This document shows positions 15,421 to 28,491 of a DNA stretch of 64,000 bases, piece by piece. The stretch lies in the NCBI RefSeq assembly GCF_009914755.1, contig NC_060947.1, one strand, 5' to 3'. Positions within the stretch are counted from its first letter, which is position 1. The number at the start of each line of letters is the position of its first letter. The notes under the pieces were generated by a model. That model ran no database searches, was not told where the DNA came from, and saw nothing but the letters and a program-made list of their open reading frames with translations. The translations under genes were made by a program, and so were the position numbers. This DNA comes from the human T2T-CHM13v2.0 reference genome, Homo sapiens.

Positions 15421-16021
15421 TAGAGACAAGGTCTCACTCTGCCACTAAGGCTGGAGGGTAGTGGCACAAACATAATTCACTGTAGCCTTGAACTCCTAGG
15501 TTCAAATGATTCTCTCACCTCAGCCTCTCAAGCAGCTAGCACTACGGGCATGTGCCACCGCACCTGGCTAACTTTTTAAATTTTTTATTTGTATGCTGAG
15601 TGTGGTGGCTCACACCTGTAATCCCAGCACTTTGGGAGGCTCAGGTGGGCAGATTGCTTGAGCTCAGGAGTTTGAGACCAGCCTTAGCAACAAAGCAATA
15701 CCCTGTCTCTACTAAAAAAAACACAAAAAACAAAATTTAGCCAGGTGTGGTGATGTGTGCCTATAATCCCGGCTACTTGGGAGGCTGAGGCATCAGAATC
15801 ACTTGAACTCAGGAGGCAGAGGTTGCAATGAGCCGAGACCATGCCACTGCACTCAAGCCTGGACGACAGAGCCAGACTCTGTCTCAAAAAAAAAAAAAAT
15901 TTGTATAGATGGGGTCTCACTATGTCACCCAGGCTGGTCTCAAACTCCTGGCCCCAAGCAATCCTCCTGCCTCGGCCTCCCAAAGTGCTGGGATTAAAGG
16001 TATAAGCCACTGCACCTAGCC
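15421..16021 (-). mobile_element. AluJ split by a second Alu (arms 15421-15594 and 15899-16021)
   Basis: Right arm and left arm lie either side of the inserted element. Confidence 0.85.
15595..15898 (+). mobile_element. Alu (J/S) inserted in opposite orientation into the AluJ linker
   Basis: Full dimer with A tail; TSD ATTTGTAT at 15587-15594 and 15899-15906. Confidence 0.9.
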
Positions 16022-16962
16022 CCTTATATGTTTTGAATATATCAGAGGTATAGTTTGCAAATATTTTCTCCCATTCTGTAGGTTATCTTTTCATTTCATT
16101 GCTTGTTTTGTTTTGTTGATGATTGTTTCCTTTGTTGTGCGGAAGCTTTATAGTATGATGAAGTCCCACCCATTTCTTTTGCTTTTGTTGTTTATGATTT
16201 TTGTGTTACACCAAAAAAATCATTGTCAAGACTAACATCAAAGAGCTTTTTCCCTATGTCTTCCAGGATTTTTACAGTTTCAGGTTCTTACATTTAAGTC
16301 TTTAATCTATTTTGAGTTAATTTTTATATGTGATTAAAGACAAGGGTCCAATTTCATACTTTTGCATGTATATATCCAGTTTTCCCAAAGTCACTTATTG
16401 ATGATAGCCCATTGTGTATTCTTAGCACCTTTGTCACAGATTAGCTAACGATATATATGCACGGATTTATTTCTGAGCTCTGTATTCTGCTCAGTTGTTC
16501 TATGTGTCTGTTTTTATGCCAGTACCATGCTATTTGGTTACCATAGCTTTGTAATATAATTTGAAATCAGGGAGTGTGGTGCCTCTAGCTTTGTTTTTCT
16601 TTCTCAAGATTGCTTTGACTATTCAAGATCTTTCATATTTCCATGTGAATTTTAGGATTGGTTTTTCTGTTTCTTTGAAAAATGTCACTTGAATTTTGAT
16701 TGAAATTGCTTTGAATCTATAGACAGTTTTGGGTAGTGTGGGCATTTTAACAATATTAATTCTTCCAATCCATGAGCACAGGAGATCTTTCCATTTATTG
16801 GTGTCTTCTTTGATTTCTTTCATCAATGTTTCATAGTTTTTAGTGTAAAAGTCTTCCACCTCCTTGGTTACATTTATTCCTTTTATTTTTCTTTTTGATT
16901 CTATTGTAAATGGGACTGTTTTGTTAATTTTATTTTTTGGATAGTTTGTTGTTACTATATAG

Positions 16963-17317
<355 letters not shown>

Positions 17318-17719
17318 CTGAACCCATTTATTACTTTTAATATTTTTTGGTGGAGTCTTTAGGGTTTTCTCTATATAAGATCATGTAATCTATAAACAGA
17401 GACAACTTAACCTCTTCTCTTACAATATGAATGCCTTAAGTTTTGTTTTTGACATTAAAGTCTTAAATCCATCTAGATTTTTTTTACTGTATGGTGTGAG
17501 GTGGGACCCAATTTTTTCCATATTGGTAACCAATTTTTTTTTAGCTCCAGTTATTGAAGTCTCAAATGCCTTCATATCTACCTTTTTGAATTTGCTGGGT
17601 TTTTTTTGAGTCTTATAGTAAACATTCCTCTCCAAGAATGTCCACTTTGTCCTAGCTAAGTTAAGGAAAGTAGGGTTTTCCACACCTAGAAGGTCATTTT
17701 ATGAAGAATAGGAAGTGGT

Positions 17720-17997
17720 TGGGTTAGTTAATGAGTACAAAAGAAACAGAAAGAATGAATAAGACCTAGTATTTGATAGCACAATAGGGTGACTATAGTC
17801 AATAATGACTTAATTGTACATTTTAAAATAACTTAGAGTGTAATTGGACTGTTTGTAACTCAAAGGATAAATGCTTGAGAGGATGGTTACCTCCATCCTC
17901 CCTGATGTGCTTATTTCACATTGCATGCTTGTATCAAAGCATCTCTTGTACCCCATAAATATATACACCTACTATGTACCCACAATTTTTTTTTTAA
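17720..17997 (+). mobile_element. L1MA1-2-like 3' end
   Basis: GAATAAGACCTAGTATTTGATAGCACAATAGGGTGACTATAGTCAATAAT...CTACTATGTACCCACAA. Confidence 0.8.
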
Positions 17998-18079
17998 AAG
18001 AGTAGGCAGTAGTGGTGGTAAAAGTGTATGACCACAGCCACTTTTCTTGCTGTCTGGTGAGATTGGGGCTGGTACAGCT

Positions 18080-18295
18080 TTAGAGCACTGACTCACCCAC
18101 ACAGCTCTGGATTCAAAGTCCGGCTCTTCCACTCACAAGATGTGAAAACTTGGGAGAGTATTTCACCAATTTGAGTGTTGGTTTCCTTCTGTGAAAAATA
18201 AAAGTAGGGATATGTTTACCTCATAAAACCACTGTAAGAATTAAAGGAGAGGACACATGTAAAGGGCCTAGCTGAGGGTCCAGCACACATAGTTG
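18080..18295 (+). mobile_element. MIR
   Basis: Degraded MIR core and tail. Confidence 0.6.
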
Positions 18296-18765
18296 CCTTG
18301 GGTAAGGAGAGCTGGGAGTATTGTTAAGGCCTTTAGCCCAAGTTGGCTGTCCCCACCACTTCCATTCCCATTTGCAAGTGTGATCATGGTGTGGTAGAAG
18401 AGCATCCTTGATATATAAACCTATATAGCTTTATATGCCTATATACCTGTTATATACCTATATACTTATATATGCCTGTTGATATCTGTATCCTTTATAT
18501 CCAGTGTTTGGGTAGAAGAAATAAGGTGTTAGTGACTGAGGTATTTCAGGATAGAGTGTCAGAGCATGGTTGCAGCTACTGTTGTGGGTAATTCATGTGA
18601 ATTCCTTTCACATTTTGCCAAGGCCCATTGTTTATATTTTATTCTTTATTAAAGCTTCTGAACAATACTCATTTTTAAAGCAAGTATGGTCTTTTCAGTT
18701 GCCACTGAGGCCCTCAGACTGATCATTTCTCACTTTCTCAGTATTATTCTAGCACAGTTCACTTG

Positions 18766-19278
18766 TCTTTTATGGGGTACATGTGATGTTTTGATATAAG
18801 CATACAATGTGTAATGATCAAATCAGGGTAACTGGAGTATCCATCACCTCAAGCATTTATCTCTTTTGTGTTAGAAATATTCCAATTCCACTCCCTTTGT
18901 TATTTTGAAACATATAGTAAATTATTATTTACTATGGTTGTCCTATTGTGCTACTAAACACTAGATCTCATTCCTTCTATCTAACTGTATTTTTGTACCC
19001 ATTACCCATCCTTTCTTTATATCCCCTCCCTGTTACGCTTCCCAGCCTCTAGTAATCATCATTTTACTCTCTATCTCCACAGGTTCAATATTTTTTTTTA
19101 GCTCCCACATTTGAATGAGAATATGCAATATTTGTCTTTCTATGCCTGGCTCATTTCGCTTAACACAACATCTTCCAGTTCCATCCATGTTGTTGCAAAT
19201 TACAGGATCTCATTCTTTCTTTATAACCGAATAATATTCTATTGTGTATATGTACCACATTTTCTTTATCCATTCATC
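18766..19278 (-). mobile_element. L1MA3-like 3' end
   Basis: TTTATGGGGTACATGTGAT...ATCAAATCAGGGTAA...CATCACCTCAAGCATTTATC. Confidence 0.8.
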
Positions 19279-20233
19279 TTCTTTTGTCTTAACCTTTCAT
19301 TTTCTTTCTTGTTCTAAGGTACCTGATCACTTTATTTCTCATTTTCCTATTATGAGTGTTATTTTATTTTATTTTTTACATCTTGAGAAATAGAAATCGG
19401 ACTTTATAACTTATTTTATGTCTTATGCTTTTTAAAGCTAATTGTGAAACTCTCATTTATCTGAGCACTCATTTTTCTTTCCATTGTACATGGGATTCTG
19501 TATGTTGGTGAATATATATATATTTATATAGCATTTTTCTGGCACTGTTCACTCTTTATACATATATATGTGTGTGTGTATATATATATAACTTTGATTA
19601 AAGTATATATTTCCATGGTCATTAAAAACAGATCTTATTAAGCCATGTAGAAACGGATGCCCCTCACTCCTTGTTTTCAGGGTGCCACAGTACAATTTTT
19701 GACTGCTGAGGTCATTCTTAATATTATTTGCTTGATTTTTATCTCTTGAATTTCCTTAGGAATCATCCCCTCAGGAGCCAGCATACAAGGAAAAGGACCA
19801 TGAGACCGTATGGGCTTCTCAACGTCTGCCCATATACTTTTCCAGAAGGGTTTTGCTGTTTCACATGTCTTCCAGATGAGAAATAAAGTCCTCCCTCACC
19901 TACATACTTTCTAGATTTATTACTAATATTTTCCCTTATTGCTGCAAAGCATATTAATGAATAATTATATATTTTTACAAATTTAATTTGCATCTCTTGC
20001 AGGTACATGGAATTTGTAAATCATCTTTTTTTTTTTTTTGCTCTAAGGATATCTGTGACCAATGTCCCCAGGGAAGAGCAGGGCTATTTTCTTGCTTTTG
20101 TAAACATTATACTCTGCTAGTGAGCATAGGAGTGTGGTTTTGATAGAAAAACATATTTGACTTGTAGATGAGACACATGTAGGTACTCATTCTCCCTGGG
20201 TGATAGTAGGGTACATTGAAAAGAACACTGGGG

Positions 20234-20642
<409 letters not shown>

Positions 20643-20879
20643 TTACCTCAGCTGGCTCATGCACAGAACAGGAATACGGATCCTTGCCCTGGCTAACTCG
20701 TAGGGTCAGTATGTGAGCCATGCAACACAATGCAAATGGAAGCATCTTGACACTATTATTTGTGTCACCATCACCACTGCCAGCACTACCAGCACCATTA
20801 TCATTAGTGGATACCCAAGTATTGAACAGGGAGAAAGTCTCCCAAGGATGTCAATAAATGACACACTGAAAATATAACA

Positions 20880-21110
20880 ACAATAATAACACCCAACATT
20901 TGATGAACTCTTACTATGTGTGCCGGGCACTATGTGCTAAGTATCTTACATGTTTCATCTCATATAATGCTCACAACAATACCGTAAGATAAGTGCTTGT
21001 ATTATCCACATTTTACAGATAAGAAAACTGAGGCACAGAGTGGTTAAGCATCTTGCTTAGGTCAGAACTGAGAGTGAATCCAGGCAGCCTGCCTCTAAGC
21101 CTGTACAATA
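20880..21110 (-). mobile_element. MIR
   Basis: CATTTTACAGATAAGAAAACTGAGGCACAGAGTGGTTAAG core. Confidence 0.85.
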
Positions 21111-22299
21111 ATACTCCACTCTATTAGGGTTCTCCTGGGCCCCAGTAACACATAATGAGAGCTCTGCACATGTGAAGAATACAGCTTGCAGAATATTTTC
21201 CTATTATCTCGTATAAGCCTCACATCTGACTCATTTTATAGATTGAGTCAAATAGCTTCAATATCTTAGTCAAGGTTATCCAGCTTGTCAGTGATAAATA
21301 TTACCTAAACTCCAGTCAGTTCTCTTTCCACTGTCTGTCCTTGCCTCTTCGGGTGAATTGATGGATTCTTACCAGTAATCTCACTCCCCTCACGTCATTG
21401 TTCTATCTTTGCTTTCTTTAAGGAGAGAGGAATGCCGAAACCATAAAGTTACATTCCTGATGAAAATCTTCTAGAAGAAACAGTGTCTTGTTCGATCTTT
21501 TTAGTAGCTGGTTTCTCAGAGAATCCTAAATCAATACAGCTGGGAGGGGCCCTAGCACTCTCCTGCATACAGACCACTGGGCGCTTATTGAATGATTCTG
21601 CAAGTCCCCATGTAAGAAAACTGTAACGTAGCCTGTGGCTAAAAGGAATCCAACCGAATACTTCAAGGATATTAAAGACATAGTCATCTTAATTATTCAT
21701 TTGACACATGCTTGTAGCCATGTTGTACTGATATCCACAGTGTGTTTATTTGTGAGAGACTTGGCATTTGGTAAAAGACACTTGACTAATTAGATAAAAG
21801 ATATTCTGTTAATGCAAAGGCCGACACTTTACCCGTGTCAGGTCTCAACAGTGATGGTCTCTATCAAAGAACTCATTCAGTGTTGTTTCTAGTTCTCCAG
21901 CTCCCCAAAAACAACCTGTAATATGTGGACTTCCAGTGCCCTCTCTTCTCCCATTCCTGTTTTATATTTGTTTACCATTCTTTACAAGGAGGGAGTTTTC
22001 AAACACAACTTGAAATTCAAGTGGAAAAAGCAAGACCTCGGGAGTTGTGTGTCTGAGGCAGGTTAATGAAGCATCTTTAGTCGATATTTAGACAGTGAAA
22101 AATTAATCAGTCATGACCTCTCCGATCCTTCAGAACACACCCTTAGGTCACTGCCTCATTAAGACCTTCAAATCATTTATCGAATTTTATTCAGGAAATA
22201 TCTTTACCTTTTAAAGTAGGATGCATGAGGTAAGAGGATGTTCCTCCCCAGAGCAAAAATTGGCACCATTTTAGGGTTTTTTTGTGTGTGCTTTTAAAA

Positions 22300-22757
22300 A
22301 AATTTACTTTTTACTTTAGATTCAGGGGATACTTGTGCAGGTTTGTTAAATGGGTTTATTGTGTAATGCTGAGATTTGGGCTTCTAATGATCCCATTGCC
22401 CAAGTAGCAAACATAGTACCTAATAGAATCAATAGGTAGTTTTTCAACTCTTGTCCCTCTTCCCCCCTCCCCCCTTTTGGAATCTCCACTGTTTATTGTT
22501 CCTATCTTTGTGTCCATGTGTACCCAATGTTTAGCTCCCACTAAACATGACAACATGTGGTGTTTGGTTTTCCGTTTCTGTGTTAATTAGCTTAGGATAA
22601 TGGCCTCCAGCTGCATTCATGTTGCTACAAAAGATATGATTTCATTCTTTTTATGGATGCATAGTATTCAATGGTGTATATGTACCACTTTTTTAAAAAT
22701 TCAATCTATCATTGATGGGAACCTGGGTTGATTCCACATCTTTGCTATTGTGAATAT
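22300..22757 (-). mobile_element. L1PA16/17-like 3' end
   Basis: TAGATTCAGGGGATACTTGTGCAGGTTTGTT...AATGATCCCATTGCCCAAGTAG. Confidence 0.8.
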
Positions 22758-24462
22758 TTAGACTCTTTTGATTCTCTCCTTGCTCTTAGTGAGTTTTCCC
22801 CACAGAAGTTCCAAGCTGTTAGTGGTGGCTCAAAATGAGCTTTTGGAAATTCAAATCTGAAAACAGAAAGGGCTCTCAAAGGTCTGTTCCTGGAGCCCTC
22901 CAGGAACAAGGCTACTCAGTGTGTATCCTCAGTCTCCTTTTTTTCCTCAAAGAAAAAAACTACTGTGGTATGAAAATGCCAAACTCCATTGACTCAAGAG
23001 CCACAGTTTGGAAGGACTGTTTCAGTCAGCACAGGATTATAGTGTCCAGCTCTTTGCAAAGAGGCGCTTAGTAGCAGTTAGAGTGTTCAGGGCCTAATTT
23101 AAAAGGCCATTTCAAGAAGTGAGTTCCCAATTATCTCTGGAGATGATCAAATAGGGGTTGGATTACCTCTTGGTTGGAATGCCGTCAGAGGTTTGGAGTG
23201 ACAGAGAGTTGAACTCAGTGGCTGTTTAAAGTCTCAAACAGCATTAAAATTCTAGGACTTCACACTTTTTACTAATGGAAGATCTATACAGGAAAGCAAA
23301 CCTGACAAACTATTGGAAAATTTGCATGGTGAAAATAGCCTATGATTTTTTTTCCAGGCTAAGTTCCCCTAATCTTACTTTTATGAAATTAAATTTGGAT
23401 AATTGTAGTAGTTCAGGACTGGTCAAGACCTTAACCTCAGGGAATATCTAGGTAAGGTGACGTTCCATAAGAAAGTGTTAAGTAATTGAAATCCAGATAT
23501 CTTGCTCACTTGTTTTTTTCCCATCCATTGGTCAATTTCATTATCTTTGTGTCCCTTGGATCTTCTTCCAAGGAAGAACGTGCCTTGGCTTGTGAACCAA
23601 GGACATGTTCTCCTAGGCAGCTTTCAGCCAATGGTTGTGCGCAATGAGCACACTAGGGTCTGGCCAACTTTGTTCAATGTGAGACTCCTCTAAGGGGTAG
23701 TCTTTGCTCTGGAGCTCTCCTTTGGTTTGGGCAAGATTTTGTCATCTCTGCATTCCAGTCCGTGGGTCTCCCTGCTCAATCCTGCTTACTCTTCCCATTC
23801 CTTTCTTAGGTGTTAGCTCTGCATTGCCTCCTGAAGGCTCCCTGCCCATTCTGTTTCCTCTTCTTTTATGGTTCACAGGCATTACACTCATAACTCCACC
23901 TCAGCATGTGTTGCCCAGAGGATGTGAACTAACGCAGTCCCTAAATGTGCTCCCAGGCACTGTGCTGCAGTGTCACCACCTCCATGCTTTATTCTTTTTC
24001 CTCAACCACCTTATTCATTAGCTTCTCAGTTTCTCAGACAACAACGTCTCTTTGTGTGCAATTCTGGCCATGTGTCTTGGAGTCACTGGCTTCCAGAGTG
24101 TTCAAGCAGAAAGGGGCCTCCAAAATGGTCTAATTGATCACCTCATTTTCCATAGGAGGTAACTAAGGCCCGAGATGAGAACAGACTTGCCAAAGTCACA
24201 AGTGAGTAGCAAAGATGAAATAAGAACCCTGGTCCTTTGACTTCAAGTTGGTGCTCTTTCACTGTAGCATTTTAAAAAATTATGTCCAATGTGGCCCTAT
24301 ACTTGTGACCAGGAATCAACCTTCTCAATCTCAGTAGACATTTTTCTGGGAAGTTCTGAAACTATGCCTAGAGTCAGTCTCTTTAATATTTAGTCAGTTT
24401 AGCACTTCTTGTGCTCACTAAAGCTGAACTATGCTCACTGGTCAACCACTTAGGAAGAAATA

Positions 24463-24587
24463 TTCCAATCATTGTTGTGTTCAACTTCTAAATCTAGTGA
24501 CTTGCCTCCACCATTGGAAATTTTCCAACCATTGTTGTGTTCAACTTCTAAATCTAGTGACTTGCCTCCACCATTGGAAATTTTCCA
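24463..24587. repeat. 60-bp tandem duplication
   Basis: 24470-24527 is identical to 24530-24587. Confidence 0.97.
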
Positions 24588-24600
24588 TTAAAAAGTGTCA

Positions 24601-24950
<350 letters not shown>

Positions 24951-26292
24951 TTATTAGGTTGGTGCAACCTAAATAGCATTTTTCCATTTATTAAGTTGCA
25001 CCAGCCTAAACAGCATCAACGCAATGTACCTTTTTATTCTGCCCAGAGATTTGCCCTGTCTCTCTACCCGCTTTCTTAGCTCAGGGAACTAGATCAATGG
25101 TGACTGAGAGATGAACTTGTTCATCTTGCTTTCTGGACCTTGGTGAATGCCAGTGGGGCATTGTGGTTAAAAGGATAGGCTTTAGGGGCAAGCAAACCTC
25201 TCTGTGTTCAAGTCCTTAACTTAAAGGATCAAGGTGAGATGAAAAGAGATAATGCATGAAAAGCAAATGGTAAGCACTCAATAAATGCCAGCCAGTATAG
25301 AGGGCAGCTGTCAGCCACCTCCACCCCTGGGGCTTCTCCTGTCTCTCTTTGCTCTGTAGAACTGAAGAGGCTTCCTGAGCAGAAGGTAGTCACACTTAAC
25401 TGGAGAGAGCAGAATGGAGCCCTTGGATCTTCCAACAGGTCTCACTTTTACAATACCTTCTAAAAGCATCTCATCCCATTTTATCAAACTTTAAAGTGGA
25501 GAGGATTCATGTCTGTCATTCTCTCTGCCCTAGGGCAAAAGATTTATTTACCTCTTTCCATTCTTTCCTTGTCTTTTACTGTCTGATGATGAATTTGCTG
25601 ATACTTTGTGATCATCACCTCTTCAGTGTTGTTCACATGTTCTATCCAGCATCTCCCCAGCATTTCCTTGTGCCTTCTTCCATACCTCTTACCACTGTGG
25701 GTCCCTCTAAGGAGAAGGCTGGGTGAGAGAATTCCCTCACTGCTCTTCAGAGATCCCACTGGGGAGGCCATCTGGGCATATTCAATGCTCCTTCATGAAA
25801 AATTCATGGGCTTCTCCTCTAACTCATTTCCATCTCCAAAGGTTGATTAGAAAAGAAAAAGGAGAGAAGCATGGTAGCATGAAAGAGTCATGTGCCTTTC
25901 CATTTCTTCCATTGCTCTTTGACTGCTTCCTATCTCAGAGTTCCCAAAAGAGTGATGGGAGATATAGACAGAAGGTCTTTACTTTCCTCATTGTTGTTGC
26001 AGCCCGACCTGAGGTCAAGGCTAAAGAGTCATTCAAAACCTTTTTTTTTCTTTTTGAGTTTGCAAGCTATTCTGATCCGGCAACAAACACAAATCTCAGA
26101 GCAAACAAATCCTATAACACCGTGTGATAAAGGCAGCAACATGATGAGGAAGAAAGAACATCTGACTCCTGGTTCATCTGCAGGCCTGCTCCTGAGTAGC
26201 CAGACGACCTTCGGCAAACCCCTTCTGCTTTGTGGACCAGTATTCCATGTGTGGAATTAGGAAGTTGGACCAGACAGAGAGCTTCCTGAGGC

Positions 26293-26673
26293 TGTTAAAA
26301 GAAAACTTTAGACAAATTAAATTTAACAGAGTCTAATTGGGCAAAGAATAATTCATGAATTAGGGAGCCCCAGAACCAGAATAGGTTCAGAGAGACTCCA
26401 GCACTGCCTTAGTGTATAAGAAGATTTATGAACAGAAAAAGGAAAGCCATGTGCAAAAATGGAAATGAGAAACAGCCAGATTGGTTACAGCTTAGCGTCT
26501 GCATTTTTTGAACACAGTTTGAAAAGTTGGCCACCTGTGATTGGCTGAAACTTGGTGATTGGCACAAGAGTAGGTTAGTATACATCCAGTTAAGTTACAG
26601 CTCACTATGTATGGAGCAACATTTCGGTTGAACTTAACATATATCAGGAGGCAGATCTGGACTAAATTTAACA
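26293..26673 (-). mobile_element. Solo ERV1 LTR (MER93-like)
   Basis: TG...CA termini (TGTTAAA...TTTAACA); 4-bp TSD AGGC at 26289-26292 and 26674-26677; repeated GATTGG (CCAAT) boxes. Confidence 0.8.
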
Positions 26674-28220
26674 AGGCAGGGCCTATGCTTCATTGGTCTT
26701 GTACTTTTCTAGCATCTAGCACAGGTCTTGGCACATGGTAGGTACTCATGATGTATTGTCTCACTTTGAAAGCCCTTCCAGTGCCAACATTGCATGATGA
26801 TGGATCAAAGATATTCCCTGTGATATTGAGCTAAGGGAGTCACTTTTCACCAGGGGGAGGATGGAGGTGTAGTTGATGAGTGTCCCAGGATCACTGATCC
26901 ATCCTTTGAGGGCTCTTATCTCTTTCTTGTGTTAAGGCAATAGGACTATGAGACTGTTGCTAATACCTTTGCTACCCCAGGCCTGTCCTGTCCATCCTTT
27001 CTTTCCCTCCACCTTGCATGATCCAGGTGTTTATGCTTTGAAGTGTACCTAAGCGTTCAGTTAATATTGCAAATTAGTGAAAATTCTAATTTAAGGAATC
27101 AATTTGGCACCCGGAGTGTATCCATTCTAAACACATTCTGGCTAAATTTTGGGTTCTATCTAAATCTTTGTGAAAAAGTATCCTTGCTTAATACTCCAGA
27201 AGCCCTGGGAGATTTCCCAGGCAAGCACGAAGGCACTCTAAATAGCTCATTTGGGAGCCTATTTGAGGGGGAAAGAAAGAAATCCATCCTAAGTACCCAT
27301 CAGTGATTCACAAAAATAGGTCACATTTCTTAGCACATTTTTCCAGTGTTATTTTTAGAAATTATTATTTACAAAATGAGTGAATCTATTCAATACATGA
27401 TCTTTTAAAAATCTTGATACATTATAAAATACGTTTTTGAGAACAAATTGTTTTCTTCCTAACAGGAGCACTTATTTATATTTTTGCAGTGTTAAACAAT
27501 GGGGAAATATGATATAAACATAATATAATATGATATAATTCTATAAACAAAATTTCCCCTTAGCACAACTCTTTATGACAAGATCAGATACATCAAGCAA
27601 AGAAATATTAATGAAAATGTTCTTCTGTGCAAAATGAACATTTAATTTTGAGCTTTTTTTACATGACTCACAGATATTTGTTGCCAGTATTTTAATTCAA
27701 ACTCTATTCAAAGGCCTCCAATGGTTACAAAAAGTCATTAACAATATTATTTCAAGAGAAACATGAAAGTCAAAGCATCAGGATTTATGTTTCAGTTGCT
27801 ATTGGAAAGCAAGTGCTTTGAAGGGGGGAGATGTTCTGGAATTGTCAGGAAGTCTAATTAAATTGACAGAGTTTTGCCAATTATTGCATGAAGTGTGCTG
27901 CAAATGGTAGAAAACTGAAAGGGGTTTCTGAGAAGCAGAAAAGGAGCAGAGTCCAAGACTGCTAATGGGTTGATCCACCTCTAAATAGAAACCACTGGAG
28001 GCAGAGAATGAGAGAATAAGAGAAGATGTGAATTTGAGAGAGCTTAGCAAATGCCTAGGCCTGGGGCAACATACTTTCAAATAACAGTTTAAGCAGAACA
28101 GAAACAATTTGCTTTTACCTCACACATTTAAAACAAAAACTCAGACATATATGTTTTTCTGTAGCTTCCTCCTACTTGTCCCCATCCCTTAGGATGTTAG
28201 GAACTTCAGATGTCAGTTAG

Positions 28221-28288
28221 ATGACAAGTCAGTGATTCTTGTCACATGCCAGTAATGACAAGTCAGTGATTCTTGTCACATGCCAGTA
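28221..28288. repeat. Perfect 34-bp tandem duplication
   Basis: ATGACAAGTCAGTGATTCTTGTCACATGCCAGTA x2. Confidence 0.97.
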
Positions 28289-28491
28289 GGTCAAATTTAG
28301 TTTAAAGAATAAAACTTCCTACTCAGGAAGACAGACATAAACACATCCTTTATATTTAAAGGATCATAAAGAAAGAGGGTCTGCAGATGCCAAGGCCTTT
28401 TTCTCCCTCTTCACAGTAGCTACCCTCTTTAAGAGCCAGCTAGGTGTCAGGTTGGGGCATTTGGGGCCTGGACATCTTTCTTATTGCTTAG

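Noticed and set aside
24463-24587. Direct repeats suggestive of a CRISPR-like array (also 28221, 39454)
   Set aside because: Only two to three copies, no unique spacers, no cas genes, and a primate genomic context
25496-26260. Cluster of overlapping 76-134 aa ORFs in unique sequence
   Set aside because: No recognisable domain, several non-ATG starts and no exon structure
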